Below, piece after piece: positions 25,522 to 38,120 of a stretch of 64,000 bases of DNA. Every line of letters begins with the position of its first letter. The stretch's first letter is position 1. This stretch comes from Felis catus (lineage: Eukaryota): contig NC_058368.1 in assembly GCF_018350175.1 (NCBI RefSeq), positions 212,228,001 to 212,292,000 on the forward strand, written 5' to 3'. Below the pieces are notes generated by a model that did no database searches, had not been told where the DNA came from, and was given only the letters and a program-made list of their open reading frames with translations. The translations under genes and the position numbers were made by a program.

Positions 25522-28500
25522 TTACCCTCATCTTGGTTTCCTTCACCTCCCTACATTTGGCAGGAATAGCTTGAATAGCATCACCTGTTTCTAAATCAGA
25601 CTCCTTTTTGATAAGACAATTCAGTAAATACACCCTTTCACCTATTTATCTGCTTTATCATAGAGAAGATGTTTCCAAACCCTTAAGGTCTTATTTAAGT
25701 CACAAGAGTAAAATAAAATGTTAGGAAAATTTTATCCTCTTTTCATTACAACACTACAGTAAAAGAGGAAATTTCTAGAAAGTTCTAGAAATACTTATTA
25801 GGAGCCAAGCCCCTCTTCTAAATGACATTGGCAGCACTTCTTGACAAAGTGCTGATGTCACTTCTTGGTGAAGAACTGGGTCAAGCATCTCTTTCAACTA
25901 CATGTGGTTAATTAGCCCCATTGTTCTGCTAGTTACAATCAACTGTCCATATCATCCGTTTGGTTCACAGAATAAAAGGCAACACTTTGCACACTTTACT
26001 CTGTATCTTCTGGTTAAAGGGTATAGTCAACACTGAGCAACAGGGGCCTGTTGCCTCAGGCCTCCCCTCAACCCCAGGACTAGAGGCTGGGACCCTACCA
26101 TTAGTTCATTAGTTTTACCCCTACCTGTTATTTATGTTTCATTAAAGTCATTTGATTTTAGCCTTTTCATCCATTTTACCCATTCCTAGATGACACAGAC
26201 TCCTCCAGCTCACTTTAATTCCATCCCATGCCCTTTCCACAGCCTACTGATCATTAGCTCACTCCACTCTGGGTCTACAAGATGAGGAAAACCTACCTGG
26301 CACATCTCTCCTTCCCTCTACAACATGCTATGGCCTTGGAGTCTCAGAACCTGGGTCCCAAAACTCTGACACTTACTAGTTGCCTTCACTAGTTGTATAA
26401 TAATAATACTGTCCTTATAGAGTTATTGTGAGAATGAAATCTGTTCATACATGTAGAAACATGTAGTAAAAGGCTGTTCTAAGTGTATTTTATGGACCAA
26501 TACAATCCACGGATTGCTTGGTCCCAGTCTGCAACTAGATCAATATGACGTATGGCAGAACTTATTTTGAAACTTGTCAAGCAAATCTCATTGGATCAGT
26601 GAGTTTAAAAAGCAAAAAGAAAGCTCATTTGTCACATTACAAACTTTAAATATTGATGTGTATGTATTTATTCAAGATATGCATAAAGAACTTTAATGTA
26701 AGAGTTGCTATTTCACTCATAACTATTTGTGAACTTTTAATTGTGAAATAACAAATTATTAGTATAATAATAATTCTCTATAATAATCATACATACCCTT
26801 TCAATAGTGCAAGTAGTACAAGTTTTGTAGTTTTTTTCCTTTTTCTTATGTAATTTTCCATTCATTCCTTTTTATGTATCTTGCAAAAACACTAGCTTGT
26901 GAAAAACTGGGAATTAAAGAAAAAAGTAATCACTTGTCACAGAGAGTTTGAGGAGCACTGAAGCTCTCCTGAAATTATCTGGTACCCTTCAGTGTACAGC
27001 ACATTAAAAAGTGCCAAAGAGTAAGTGTTCAATTAACATTACTTATCATTATTGTCATTTTATACATGAAGAATCTCAGGCAGAGAGAGGTTCAGCATTT
27101 TGCCCAGCGTCCTAGGTCCACAGGACCTGGAATTATCTGCCTGTCTGCCTAAGGGAAATTGCCAGGTCTTGTCTCAACTGGGAGAAACTCCTGCAGGACA
27201 AAAAACAGGAGCCAAATGGGAGCCTGTCAGCAAGTTGACGTTGGTGCCGGCAGTAGCCGAGTTGAAATCGGATTACCCAGAAAGCACCTCTGGGTGCATT
27301 GCCCAAGGAATAGTAACAACCCTGAGTACTACCCATCCAGATGTTGGCACAGGGGACCAGCAAGGTGCATAGTAACTTGGTGGAAAAGAAGTATCCAGAA
27401 ACCAGATCCACTGGGCAGCACCAGATCTCTAGAGTTCCCTGGGGACCCCAACTTCTCCCCAAAGCCACAAGGACAAGTCAGCTCTTATCCTTCGATATCA
27501 GACACAATCTTAGGGAAAGGGGTGAAGGAAGAGATGCTCTTTGAGGGACTGTATCTTCTTAACAGAAGCTGAACCCCACTTACAGGGAGTAAGCTTTAAA
27601 TTGGAGTGGAGCTGTAATTGATTTTCACCTAGTATCCCACAAGAGACTGCTGTAGAGCAAATCTCCTTTTCCCTGCACCTCTGAGTTGTGACAAGACTTG
27701 AATTTTTCTGTCCTGCTTCAAGGACCTCAGGAGAAAGCTAGAGAATGAATTAAGAGATCTCTCACCCCTGTGATCAGTGATCCATTCCTGACCCCTTCCC
27801 TCCAAGGCCCTGTGAGATCTGAGCCCCAGCACACAGCACCCCAGTCTCCTGAGAGCAAGTGTGAGCCGGCTCTTCACAGCCCATCAGCCAAACTTGAGGG
27901 CGAGGGAAGTTAAGTGCCGTCGCCCACCGCGGAGCACGTAGGTGTATTTCACGGGCTGGGAAGCATGAGAGCAGCAGCAGGCCGTGGGGCAGGTGGGCGG
28001 GCCTTCTTCTTGGGACTAATGAGACTTTTCCTGGCAGAAGCACATTGCGCTTAATTCTACCTTTCGGGGGAGGCAAAGAGGAAATGTAAGCACTTTCTTC
28101 AGTGAAAGATCTTATTTCGCGTCTCTTTGCTTGTTTATAAGATTTTAAACCTTTTTTTTAAAGTCAAACATCGCTTCATATCACCTATTGATATCTAAAT
28201 ATTTGAAAGAGAAGTGTAAGAACAGGTTTAATACTTATACCTGTAAAATAAAAGCATCTTTAAAAACCCCACTAATTCCTGAACACTTTTAAAAGTAAGA
28301 AACATCCACAATTAAGGCTTCCTTTTTTTTTTTTTCCCCACACTGAATGTTCCAAATGCTGTTTGTAGTGATTACATTACTGTATATGTTCGTCAAAATT
28401 CATTGAACTAAACCACCAAAAAGACTGAATTTTCAGTATGTAACTTAGTTTTTTAAAAAGTTAGTAATTTCTTAAATCCCGAAAGCAGTTTTAGGGAAAT

Positions 28501-28529
28501 ACATGAATCTTTTAATAGATTTTTTTAAA

Positions 28530-29230
28530 ATAATATTAAACTTACAGAAAACTCTCAGGAATAGTACAAAGAACTTTTCCCCCTCAACCCATTGCCCCAT
28601 CCTCCCTGAATACTTATTTCCTATAAATAAGGACATTCTCCTACTGCAAAACAACCATCAAAGTCAAGAAATCAACATTGATACATATCCAGCCTCCCAT
28701 CCAAAGACGCCATTCAAGTTTCACCAGTTGTTGCAATAATATCCTTTATAGAAAAAGGATAAAACCCAGAATCACACATGGCATTTAGTTGTCCTATTCT
28801 CCTTCTGTCTAGAACAGTTCCTCAGTCCTCCCTTGACTTTTATGGCCTTGACATGTTTGGGGATTACAGGCCAGTTGTTTTGTAGAACATCTCTGAGTTT
28901 GGATTTGTCTGATACTTTCCATGATTAGATTCAGGTCATTGTTTGGGACAGGAGTATCACAGAAGTGATGCCATGTTCTTCTCGGTAAATCTCATCAAGT
29001 GGCACACAATTTCAAAGTGTCCCCTCACTAGTAATGTTATTTTGATCATTTGTTTAAGGTGGCGTCTGTGTGAGTATGTGTGTATACATAAACTTTTATA
29101 TCTATATTCATTATTCTGTCTATATTTACTGAACATCATGAATCCACACTGATATCTCCAATTCCAAATGAATATCACAGGGCTTATGTGAGTTTTCTCA
29201 CTTCTTGGACTGTGAGAAACCTGGCTTCCA
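28530..29230 (-). mobile_element. Old L1 (L1MC/ME-like) 3' region, antisense
   Basis: aaacttacagaaaactc...aatagtacaaagaac...aaataaggacattctcctac...gcatttagttgtc...ttctcatgattagattcagg-like motifs. Confidence 0.6.
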
Positions 29231-29427
29231 ACATCCTCCATGGATTTACTTCTTGGATTATCTCCCGTCACCCCACCCCCACCTTCACAGACGCCTCTTT
29301 ACTTCACATGTGTTCAGACCTCCTGCTCTGAGCCACCATCATCACCCCTGCTGGATGCCATCTTCACCCAGGGTTGTTGGGCCTCTGCCTCAGTCCTGCC
29401 ACTCACCCACACAGGTATCTTCCTTCA

Positions 29428-29860
29428 TGTGGGAAACAAAGGCAGAAGGAAATGGCAGATAAGATTAAATTTCCTTATAATTTGCAGCCCATTGGCAGAT
29501 ACTCAAGGCAGGCAGAGCAAAATGTCTCTCCAGGAACTCCCTACCTTCTTAGTATTATTAATGCTTTGCTAGAGGGGAAAAAGAACCTTGGCTTGACAAT
29601 AGCTAGGCCTCCAGTATTCTGTGAGTCTTCTTTAGTATATGAAAATCCCATTGGAAACTTACCCTTGACTTTACCTCCCCCACCTCCCAAGTATATTAAC
29701 CAGTGTCTCTTCATGGTCCCAGGGCAGCTCTTTCTGCCCATGGGCCCTGTCCCCGTGCTTTAATAAAATCACCTTTTTGCACCAAAGATGTCTTCAAGAA
29801 TTCTTTCTTGGTCGTCGACTCCGGACCCCATGAACCTCCCCATTACCCCACAAACCTCAT
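29428..29860 (+). mobile_element. ERV solo LTR (carnivore ERV1-like)
   Basis: Starts TGTGGGAAAC and ends ...aaacctca; TATA-like tatatt at 29692 and AATAAA at 29762-29767 in U3-R-U5 order; ~430 bp; no clear TSD. Confidence 0.7.
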
Positions 29861-30974
29861 CCCTCCTCACCCCATTTAGGCTCTGACACCCAGCCTTAAT
29901 TCTGCCCCTCACCCCCTGCGATAGATGCCTATTTTGCTCAATCCCATGAAGTAATATTTGGGCTGAGTTTTTCAGGAAAGGAAGGGAGGGATCAAAGGAG
30001 GGAGAGAAAGAAGACTTAGCCAAATGATGCTGTGTGGGGTTTTGTGGTCTTTCTAATTCAGGCCCGAGCATACCTAGAATTAGTTCTCTCCTATCTTGAA
30101 GTTAAGGCACTAGATATATCCCAGCCACAACTTCTTTGGCTAACTTCTTTACTTGACCACTTCCCCTCCCCACAAAAAACCCTCTTGAAGACAGCGTAAT
30201 TCAACTTTTCCATTTAGCTGCACACTGAATTAACGTCAATGGCTAATTTAACATTACGTGTCCTTTTTCAGAGCCATGAACAAGTAATGATTTCCATTTG
30301 CCAGAACTGAAATTTTTTTTAAGTCCTTATTACAAGAACTGTGATGCCAAGTTAATATAGGATGGTTCTCTGGTTCTTTGATGTGTGGGCACACATGAAA
30401 ATCAAATGCTTTGTGATGCATAAAATTCCAGTCTTCAGTCTTCTGTCTCTTGTGGGACAATTTAGCAACAGTGGGCATGCACATTTGCCGTGTTTTTTGT
30501 CACTCAATACTTTTTGAATTCTGTTCCTACGACCTGGACAATTTCCCCTCTCCCCTCTGCTACATCCTCAAGGTGGAAGCCTTCCACTAGCCACCCCTCT
30601 CCCCCGAAGCTAGAGCACAAAGAGCAAGATTTTCACAGGAAGAAGGTAGCACCAAGAGAATCCAGCTGCCGAAGAGAGGCCGGAGGATTGTGGGGGAGGG
30701 ATGCCCAGCTTTACAAGGTAACCTTCAAGGAGATGTGAGGGTAGACTCCCTCCCCAGAGCAGGCTCTGTGAACCGCTTAGTATCCTTTTAATAAACTCCT
30801 CTCCACTTGAACTAGCTAGAGGGAATTCTGTGGTTTTCTACTAAGAATCCTGATGGAGAATAGTAATTGTCAATCCTATAATCTACAAACATTTATTCTT
30901 TATCTGATATGTCATCACATCCACTTTGCCCAGGTTTTTTGTTCTTGTTTTTGTTTTTAAACATAGGCATATCA

Positions 30975-31321
30975 CTGGGTGAGCTTAGTCGGTTAAGCTC
31001 CCTGCTCTTGATTTTGGCTCAGGTTGCAAGTTCGAACCCCAAGTCAGGCTTTGCACTGACAGCATGGAGCTTGCTTGGAATTCTCTCTGCCCCTTTATTT
31101 TTAGACAGACAGAAGAGAGAGAGACAGAGAAAGAGCATGCTGGGGAGGTACAGAGAGTGTGGACAGAGGATCCCAAGCAGGCTCTACACTGTCAGTGCAG
31201 AGCCCAATGTGGGGCTTGAACTCATGAACTGTGAGATCATGACCTGAGCCGAAGTCAGTCGTTTAACCAACTGGGCCATCCAGAAGCCCCTAAAAAAGTT
31301 TTTTTTAATTAAAAAACAAAC
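30975..31321 (+). mobile_element. CanSINE (host element, interrupted by an antisense SINE)
   Basis: Head at 30975-31093, A-rich tail at 31291-31321, perfect 16-bp TSD AAACATAGGCATATCA at 30959-30974 and 31322-31337. Confidence 0.85.
31094..31290 (-). mobile_element. CanSINE nested in the preceding SINE
   Basis: tttatttttagacagacagaagagaga...gatcccaagcaggctctacactgtcagtgcagagccc...cagaagcccc. Confidence 0.88.
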
Positions 31322-31384
31322 AAACATAGGCATATCATTAGTAAAGAGTGTTCCCTTTATATATTTAAAATGAACCTGTGTTTA

Positions 31385-31605
31385 GGGTCACCTGGGTGGC
31401 TCAGTTGGCTAAGTGTCCAACTTCGACTCGGGTCATGATCTCACGGTTCCTGAGTTCATATCTGGCTCTGTACTAAGAGTGTAGAGCCTGCTTGGGGTTC
31501 TCCCTCTCTCCTATCTCTCTGCCCCTCCCCTTGCTTTCGTGTGCACTCATGCTCTCTCTCTCCTCCTCTTTCTGTCTATCTCAGCTAAAAAAATAAACTT
31601 GAAAA
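31385..31605 (+). mobile_element. CanSINE
   Basis: Head, CT tract and A tail; TSD TAAAATGAACC(T/C)GTGTT on both sides. Confidence 0.9.
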
Positions 31606-31826
31606 TAAAATGAACCCGTGTTAAGGTGGAAAGGTTGCCACCATATTCGAGCCCCTCATCCTGTGCAGGAAATGGAACTGAAGCCCACAGGGAGGATGGA
31701 TGCAAGCACTCCTAGTTGGGGCAGAGCTGGATTTTGGAACCCAGATTCTCAGCTTCCCGCTCCCGTGGCCACCCCTTCCCATGTCCAGCTTACACATCGC
31801 CCAGGATGATCCCAGATGGAGATTTT

Positions 31827-33530
31827 TATTTTATTTTATTTTTCACTGTTCCAAGTTTATTTGGTAGTTTAGTTGGTTGGTATGACACTTAGATACATTG
31901 TTGGTTGCATTATTTATATGTAGATGTTTCTTTTTACATTATAAGGCAATGTACACTATATTCTGACATACATAGTACACATAATAAGATCCTTTAGATC
32001 CTTTAGAACAGTTATGCACTATAGACGCAATACTGATTTATACATTGGATCCCAGGATGTGATTGACTGGAGAAAAAAAAAAGGTGGACTGGGCATGTTG
32101 GGTGAAGGAACCAGAAGTAATATAACACACAGTAAATACACATCTGGTTTGAAAAGCAACAGCAGCATACACAGCATTGGCGCCTCTGAGGTGGTAGAGC
32201 TAGTTTACATTAACCAACTTAGGACAAGAGGGGTCTCATCCAGCATCAGGATGTAGCTTCAGGGTTTTGTGAACCATGCCTATTTGTAACTTTAGGAAAC
32301 AGGTTTTTCCTAGGCTATTTTAATATTACTACTTGAGTAACAGATCAGGTAAGAAGGGTAATATACACAACCTCCAACTAAAATCTGGTTGTAGTCTGGA
32401 CAGTGAAGTGGTACAACATCAGAAAACTTGAAAACTGTGGCTCTTTTTGGATCCCCCAAAGTGTATCTGTACTCTTCCTCAAATGGGCCTCTTCCTCAGG
32501 AGTCAGAGTCGCCGTCACAACATGTGAGATTCCATTCTGTCCCAAGATGCAAGGAACACTAAGGAAGACATCATCTTTTATTCCATAGAGACCATTAATC
32601 ATGGTGGAAATTGGAGGCACCCACCTAAGATTCTTCATTATACTTTCTGCCAAATCTGCCACAGACAGTCCAATGGCCCAGGAAGTATAGGCTTTCGGTT
32701 TGATCACCTCATAGGCACTGTCAGCCACCTGTTTGTGAACCTCTTTCCACTGTTCCTTATCTGCATCTGTGCCTAAGTCAGGGTGCAGATTCTTCAGGAA
32801 AGCAGCAGAAACATTTATTCCACTCCATACAGGCACACTAGAGTCTCCATGCTCCCCAAGACGCACCCATGACAGCTTAATGGGTGAAGTCCCAACCTTT
32901 CCCCCATTAGGTAACGGAACCAGACTGAATCCAGATTGCAACCACTTCTAATAACATGGTTTTTGGGAAAGCCACTTATCTTCCAAGCCTCCTAGGTCAA
33001 GATATCCACTGGATTGGAAACAATAAGCAATTTGCAGTTTAGGTTGTATTTTACAACCCATATTAGAAATGATGAACTTAAAGATGTTCACATTATGCTG
33101 GACCAAATTAAGATGGCTTTCTCCCTCTTGCTGACGTGCCCCAGCTGTGATAATAACCAGCTTGGAGTTTGCAGTCACATGATAGTCTTTGCCAGAGACA
33201 ATTTTTGGTGTTCTAGGGAATAGGTTGCCATGCTGGAGATCCATCATCTCTCCCTTCAGTTTGTCTTCCATGACATCAACAAGAGCAAGTTCAACCTGCC
33301 AAGTCCTTCATTAAGACACTGATGGCACAAGCCGTGCCAACAGCATGAACCCCAACAATGGTAATCTTATTCTGGGGGTTATGATCTTCCTTAAGAAGTT
33401 TCTGAATCAGCTGATCCTTGAGAGTTGCCATATTGGATTTAGAGCCAAGAGGAATCAGGAATGCACATCGGCGGGTGGGCGTCCTAGGCGCATGGTGTTG
33501 GGTCTGGACTTGGCAGCAGTGGCTCCCCTC
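31827..33530 (-). pseudogene. LDHA: Full-length LDHA (L-lactate dehydrogenase A) processed pseudogene
   Basis: Intronless copy with 5'UTR, ATG at 33431 ([10 protein letters not shown]...), former stop at 32429-32431 (TAA>TCA), 3'UTR, AATAAA at 31856-31861 and degenerate poly(A); TSD CCCAGATGGA(G/A)ATTTT at 31811-31826 and 33531-33546; disabled by +1 (~33294), +4 (~33060) and -1 (~32860) frameshifts and an in-frame TAG at 32992-32994 (1003 nt versus 999 expected). Confidence 0.96.
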
Positions 33531-35831
33531 CCCAGATGGAAATTTTAGAACGGAAGCGCTGTTTCTTCTGTTAAAGTATGAGCAGTTGCTGAAAATTGCT
33601 GGTGTATGGAAGCTATTCATTCCAGATCACATAAACAAAGCCCAAGGGTCTATGCAGTCAGTTATGAGCAGGTGGGGTTCCAAACAGGAGGTACTTTCGA
33701 AAACAGTGGCTACAGAAAAAAATTCAGAGTCCCATATACATTTCAGAGAAGAGATCCAGTCTGAAGCTTTGACTTTGGAGCCTAAACACCCACCCTGGGC
33801 ATTCTATTACTTACCTGGGCATTCTGAGTGGCTGGAGCATTTCTGAATAAGAGAGTCTAAACAACAACTGTTGATAGAATGTTAATTCCCTCCTCCTATT
33901 TAGACTCAATCCCTTGCTTCCTCTCTTCACCTATCTTCATTTCCCTTCTCTAAGGGGGAGGCAGGGAGTGATCTGGTGGGTGGGTAGGAGGAAGAGCCAC
34001 CTCCTGTTAACTAACTAGTTAACCAACTGTGAACCAACGAGTCCAGAAAATGCTCTGCCTCACATTTTATCAGGAGAGGGTTTTGCAGCTCTGCCTGGAC
34101 TGGATGGAGGAATTTACTTCTACCTCTGTAGAGAAGGGACAGCCAGCCCACTGCCATGACAGATATGTGGCTTGCTCTGAACAGCTTATCAGTGATAAAG
34201 GTAACAATGGACTCTCCAGCTGCTAGACTTTGTCTCTCTCTTTCTCTCTCTCTCTGTTTCTCTCAGTTGGTTCAACACCCAGGAGAGGTAGAAAGGGGTA
34301 TTGTTTCCCAAACCCTAAAGCCCTTATATCCTCATATCTCCCCCTCTCTACTTCCATCCCTATGTAGCTAATCCCCAGTCACTGATGCCCTCATTTCACT
34401 AAAATGAGCACGTTAAAATGTCCCTGCAAGGTCTCTTAGCAACAGGGCTTCCTGATCCTCTTTAGGGAATAACGCCATAGAAAAAGAGTGTTCCCTTCCG
34501 GTTAGTTATTATAACAGGAACTCCATGTATCATAAACTTTTGTGTCATTTCATATTGTCTGGCCACAGTTGAGCATCAGCTGGGCCTCTTTGTCTGCGCT
34601 GCTCCTTTTCCAAGTTTGGACACGAGGAAGGAGCTCCCGTGAGGCGAAGCTGCCTGTGCAACCGTGCACACCAGTGCAGGGCAGCAGGATGGGAAGCATG
34701 ACTCTGGAGTCACAGCCAGGTGGGGACAGACACAGTGCACAGCACAATCCACTGCTGCCCTGCCTGGCAGCAAATTCATTTGACACTTCATCAAACCCCA
34801 GGCACAGCCATGGCTCTGCCATCTCTTGTCTTCAGATTGGAGGTAATGCACGCATCTCTGTCATTCAACGGGTTAATTTTATATCCTAGTTCTAGGAGAA
34901 ACAAAATCATTGAATAATGAGTTAGCACTTATTGCCCTTCACATTGGCAAAGTTGTCTTTCTTTGTTAGGTGAGTGATTATGTGGAACAAGGATCTCTTA
35001 GATTTTAGGCGATCTAAACAGAGCTTACAACACAAAAACACACAGATCCTCTGACCTTGCAACCCCACTTCTGAGAAACTACTCTACAGAAATAAGAGGG
35101 CCTTTATATAGGAGTGTATGTAAAAGACATTTGCAGCATAGTTTGTGTGGCAAAAAACCAAAAACAGACAAATAAAAAACAACAACTTGAAGTTTCCATC
35201 AGTAAGAGAATCTCTGATAAAGCTATAAGAAAGACATATAATGGAATTGTGTATAGTTTTTTTTAAAGGATAAAATGGATCTATACCCGTCGAACTGGAG
35301 GTGTAGCCACTGTATACTGTTAGTCAAGAAAAGCAGGATGGCAGGATGTGTATCCTATAATGCTATTTTTTGTTTATCTAAAAAAATGTATGTAAGTGCA
35401 TAGATGGTTGTACATTACTGTATGAATTTGGAGAAAGGTATGGAGAGAAACATAACCATCACAAAAGTAGAATATCTATGAATAGGGAAGTAATGAAAAA
35501 AAAAAAGAAAGCTTTTAAAAAATAGAAGATTGCATTACAAGTTGGTTCAAAATCCCTGTACATAATTTTAGAGATCTAGAAAGCTAAATGATAAAGTATA
35601 GGAATTTGATCAAATTAACATGTTACCGTTATTTATTGGTCCATTCTGTAGACATCAAAATGATGTTTGGGATATAAATCGAAAGTGAAAATCAGGATAT
35701 TAAACTGGTAACATATAATCCCTATCTATAAGTCTAATCGTGTGGATGGATATACAAGAAAGTATAATAGTAATCATCCACACTATGAAATTATGAGTCT
35801 TTTATTCCTTATTTGTATTTTGCAGTTTTTC

Positions 35832-36066
35832 TTTTTTAATTTTTTTTAAGTTTATTTAATTTTGAGAGAGAGAGTGAGGGTACGTATGAGAAAGAGCACA
35901 CAAGTAGGGGAGGGGCAGAGAAAGAGGAAGACAGAATCCGAAGCAGGCTCCAGGCTTTGAGCTGTGAGCACAGAGTCGGATGTGGGGCTGGAACCCACAA
36001 ACTGTGAGATCATGACCTGAGCTGAAGTGAAGTGGACACTTAACGGACTGAGCTGCCCAGGCACCC
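35832..36066 (-). mobile_element. CanSINE (SINEC_Fc-type)
   Basis: T-rich tail, (GA)n, agaatccgaagcaggctccaggc...ctgagctgcccaggcaccc. Confidence 0.92.
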
Positions 36067-38120
36067 ATGTGTTTTCTAGTTTTTCTAAATGAGCTTGCAT
36101 TTAACTTATAGTAATAAATATTTACAAATATGAAACATAATCTTATATAGTTATAATAAGGAGCATCTGAGAATGACCAATGCAAGGTCCCGTTTTAAGA
36201 TGTAAACAGAGAATGCTGTTTGATTCCATTACCCTTCCCCGGTAAGCAGGCAACTCAGAAAGGTATCTCCACCTGAGTTTGTTTTGGCACCTCGATGGAC
36301 ACCTCATTTCAACAATTCTCAAGGCTAATTTTCAGCAATAATGGAGATGAACTTGGGATGTAACCATGGAGGAAACAGAAGAATCTTCCTTTAAAGTACA
36401 AACTGGCCCTAAGGTCATTTTAATGGGATTTTAACTTTAACCTTGTCTGAAGCACCTATCAATCTGGATAAGAAGGCCAACGTTGCCCTCTGCTGCCTGG
36501 AATTAAAATAGCCTTCATTTTTCATAACTACCCGGACTCCTAGATGGGGCTTTCCCAGAGGGAATTGAATTCCTTACTCTAGTAGCCAGAGGAGAGTCCC
36601 CTTTGATAAAAGGAGTTCTGGCGTCACTGGAGATTTATAATGCACTCTGAGAAGTCATGCCATGAAGAAACTGCTTTACCTAAGTCTCTCCCAGATTGAA
36701 TATTGTAAGAGCCTACAGAAAGCACATGACTTTATAGTTTCAAAGTCGACAAATAAACATCACTTCAAGCAGGCCATTGTAAATCTATATATAATGATCT
36801 CTCCCTCCTGGGACACCACCACCTCTCACTCAACGTCCCTTCCATCCTTCAGTCATTCCGCCCTCAATTCTGCAGAACCCCTGCCTCATATTCCCCGCTA
36901 CTTTTCACCCCATCCTCCTCCCAAGCCCAGTCTCTTCATTCTCGATAACTCTTCTGTCAATTCCTTCCTCATTCTCCACAGCCCCTGATTTCATTCAGGC
37001 TTTCATTCTTGATCTGCCTTCCATGACTCTGCAGATTATTCCTGTTTCCCTCATCCTGATGCTTCCTCCGCCGCACTATACATCAGGACTGTAAGTACTT
37101 GATTTCTTCCTCTCCTGCTGGACTGTAAACTCCATGAGGACAGGGAGCTTGTCCTCCTTGATCACTGCCTAATGAAGCCCCAGTTCCATCGTTGGATCCC
37201 AATGGCTTTTCGCCTTGAACACATGAATTCCTCCAGAGAGAGTTGTTGCAGCAAAGTACTGGAGGAAATGAGAATAACATTACTTTTCTTATACTACATA
37301 TAAAACTTACTGACTCCTTATAACAATTTCATGAAAGAGGCATCATCTACATTTTATAGATAAGAAAAGAAGCTCAGAGTAATTAAACAAATTTGCCTAA
37401 CTGGTAAGTGACAGAATTAGGATATTAACCAACTGTCTGGCTCCAAAGCTCACACCTTTGCCTCTATACCATACTTTCTCCCACGGGATCAAGATCTCCA
37501 ATAGAATTGTTGGCCTCAAAATAAGAGGAAGAAGACCTCATTCACTGGAGAGAAGGAGGGAAGCACTGATATAGGTTTCCAGATTTCATGAAGTAGGAAG
37601 AGAGCTAGTAGCCTCCTGAGAGTGAGGGCGGTAGATGAAGTGTGAAGTGACATTTGAAAACATAAAGTCATATGATTTCCACAGTCTGTTAGATAGATTT
37701 AGTCTGATGTAGATGAGATGTAGATGATGTAGAGAGATGTAGCAGATTTGAAGAAAGTAGTGACAGTTATGGATGGATTGAATAAAGAAACTACTCATGA
37801 GGATAAATGATTGTGCATCTGAGTTGGAGATCATGAACTGGAAGAAACACCAGTTCTTACACTTCTATAGTTTTTTCTAACAGTGCTCAGTCTTTTGGCT
37901 GTAGGAATGGAGAAACGTTAAGTATTTGTCCAACGGGTGAAGTGAGTAAGGATGCTTGAGAGTTGAGAGTGCAGTGAAAAAGAAATTCGACTGATCAGCC
38001 ATGGAAGTCAAGCCTTGGTGAGAAAAAAAGCAAAAGGCAGCCTGGGACAGAGGGTTAAAAAAGGAATTGGAAGACTAGACTCTTGTGAGATCCTAAAGCA
38101 GATAGAAATGACGGAGGATT

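Noticed and set aside
32378..32941. 187-aa ORF containing the LDHA C-terminal part with an extended tail
   Set aside because: It starts at a TTG in a shifted frame, lacks the NAD-binding domain, and the extension comes from the TAA>TCA stop loss; a pseudogene remnant.
33291..33620. 109-aa ORF fusing flanking DNA to the LDHA N-terminus (possible chimeric gene)
   Set aside because: It stops after ~46 LDHA codons at the first frameshift, the GxGxxG motif is broken, and there is no promoter evidence; a chance open frame through the 5'UTR.
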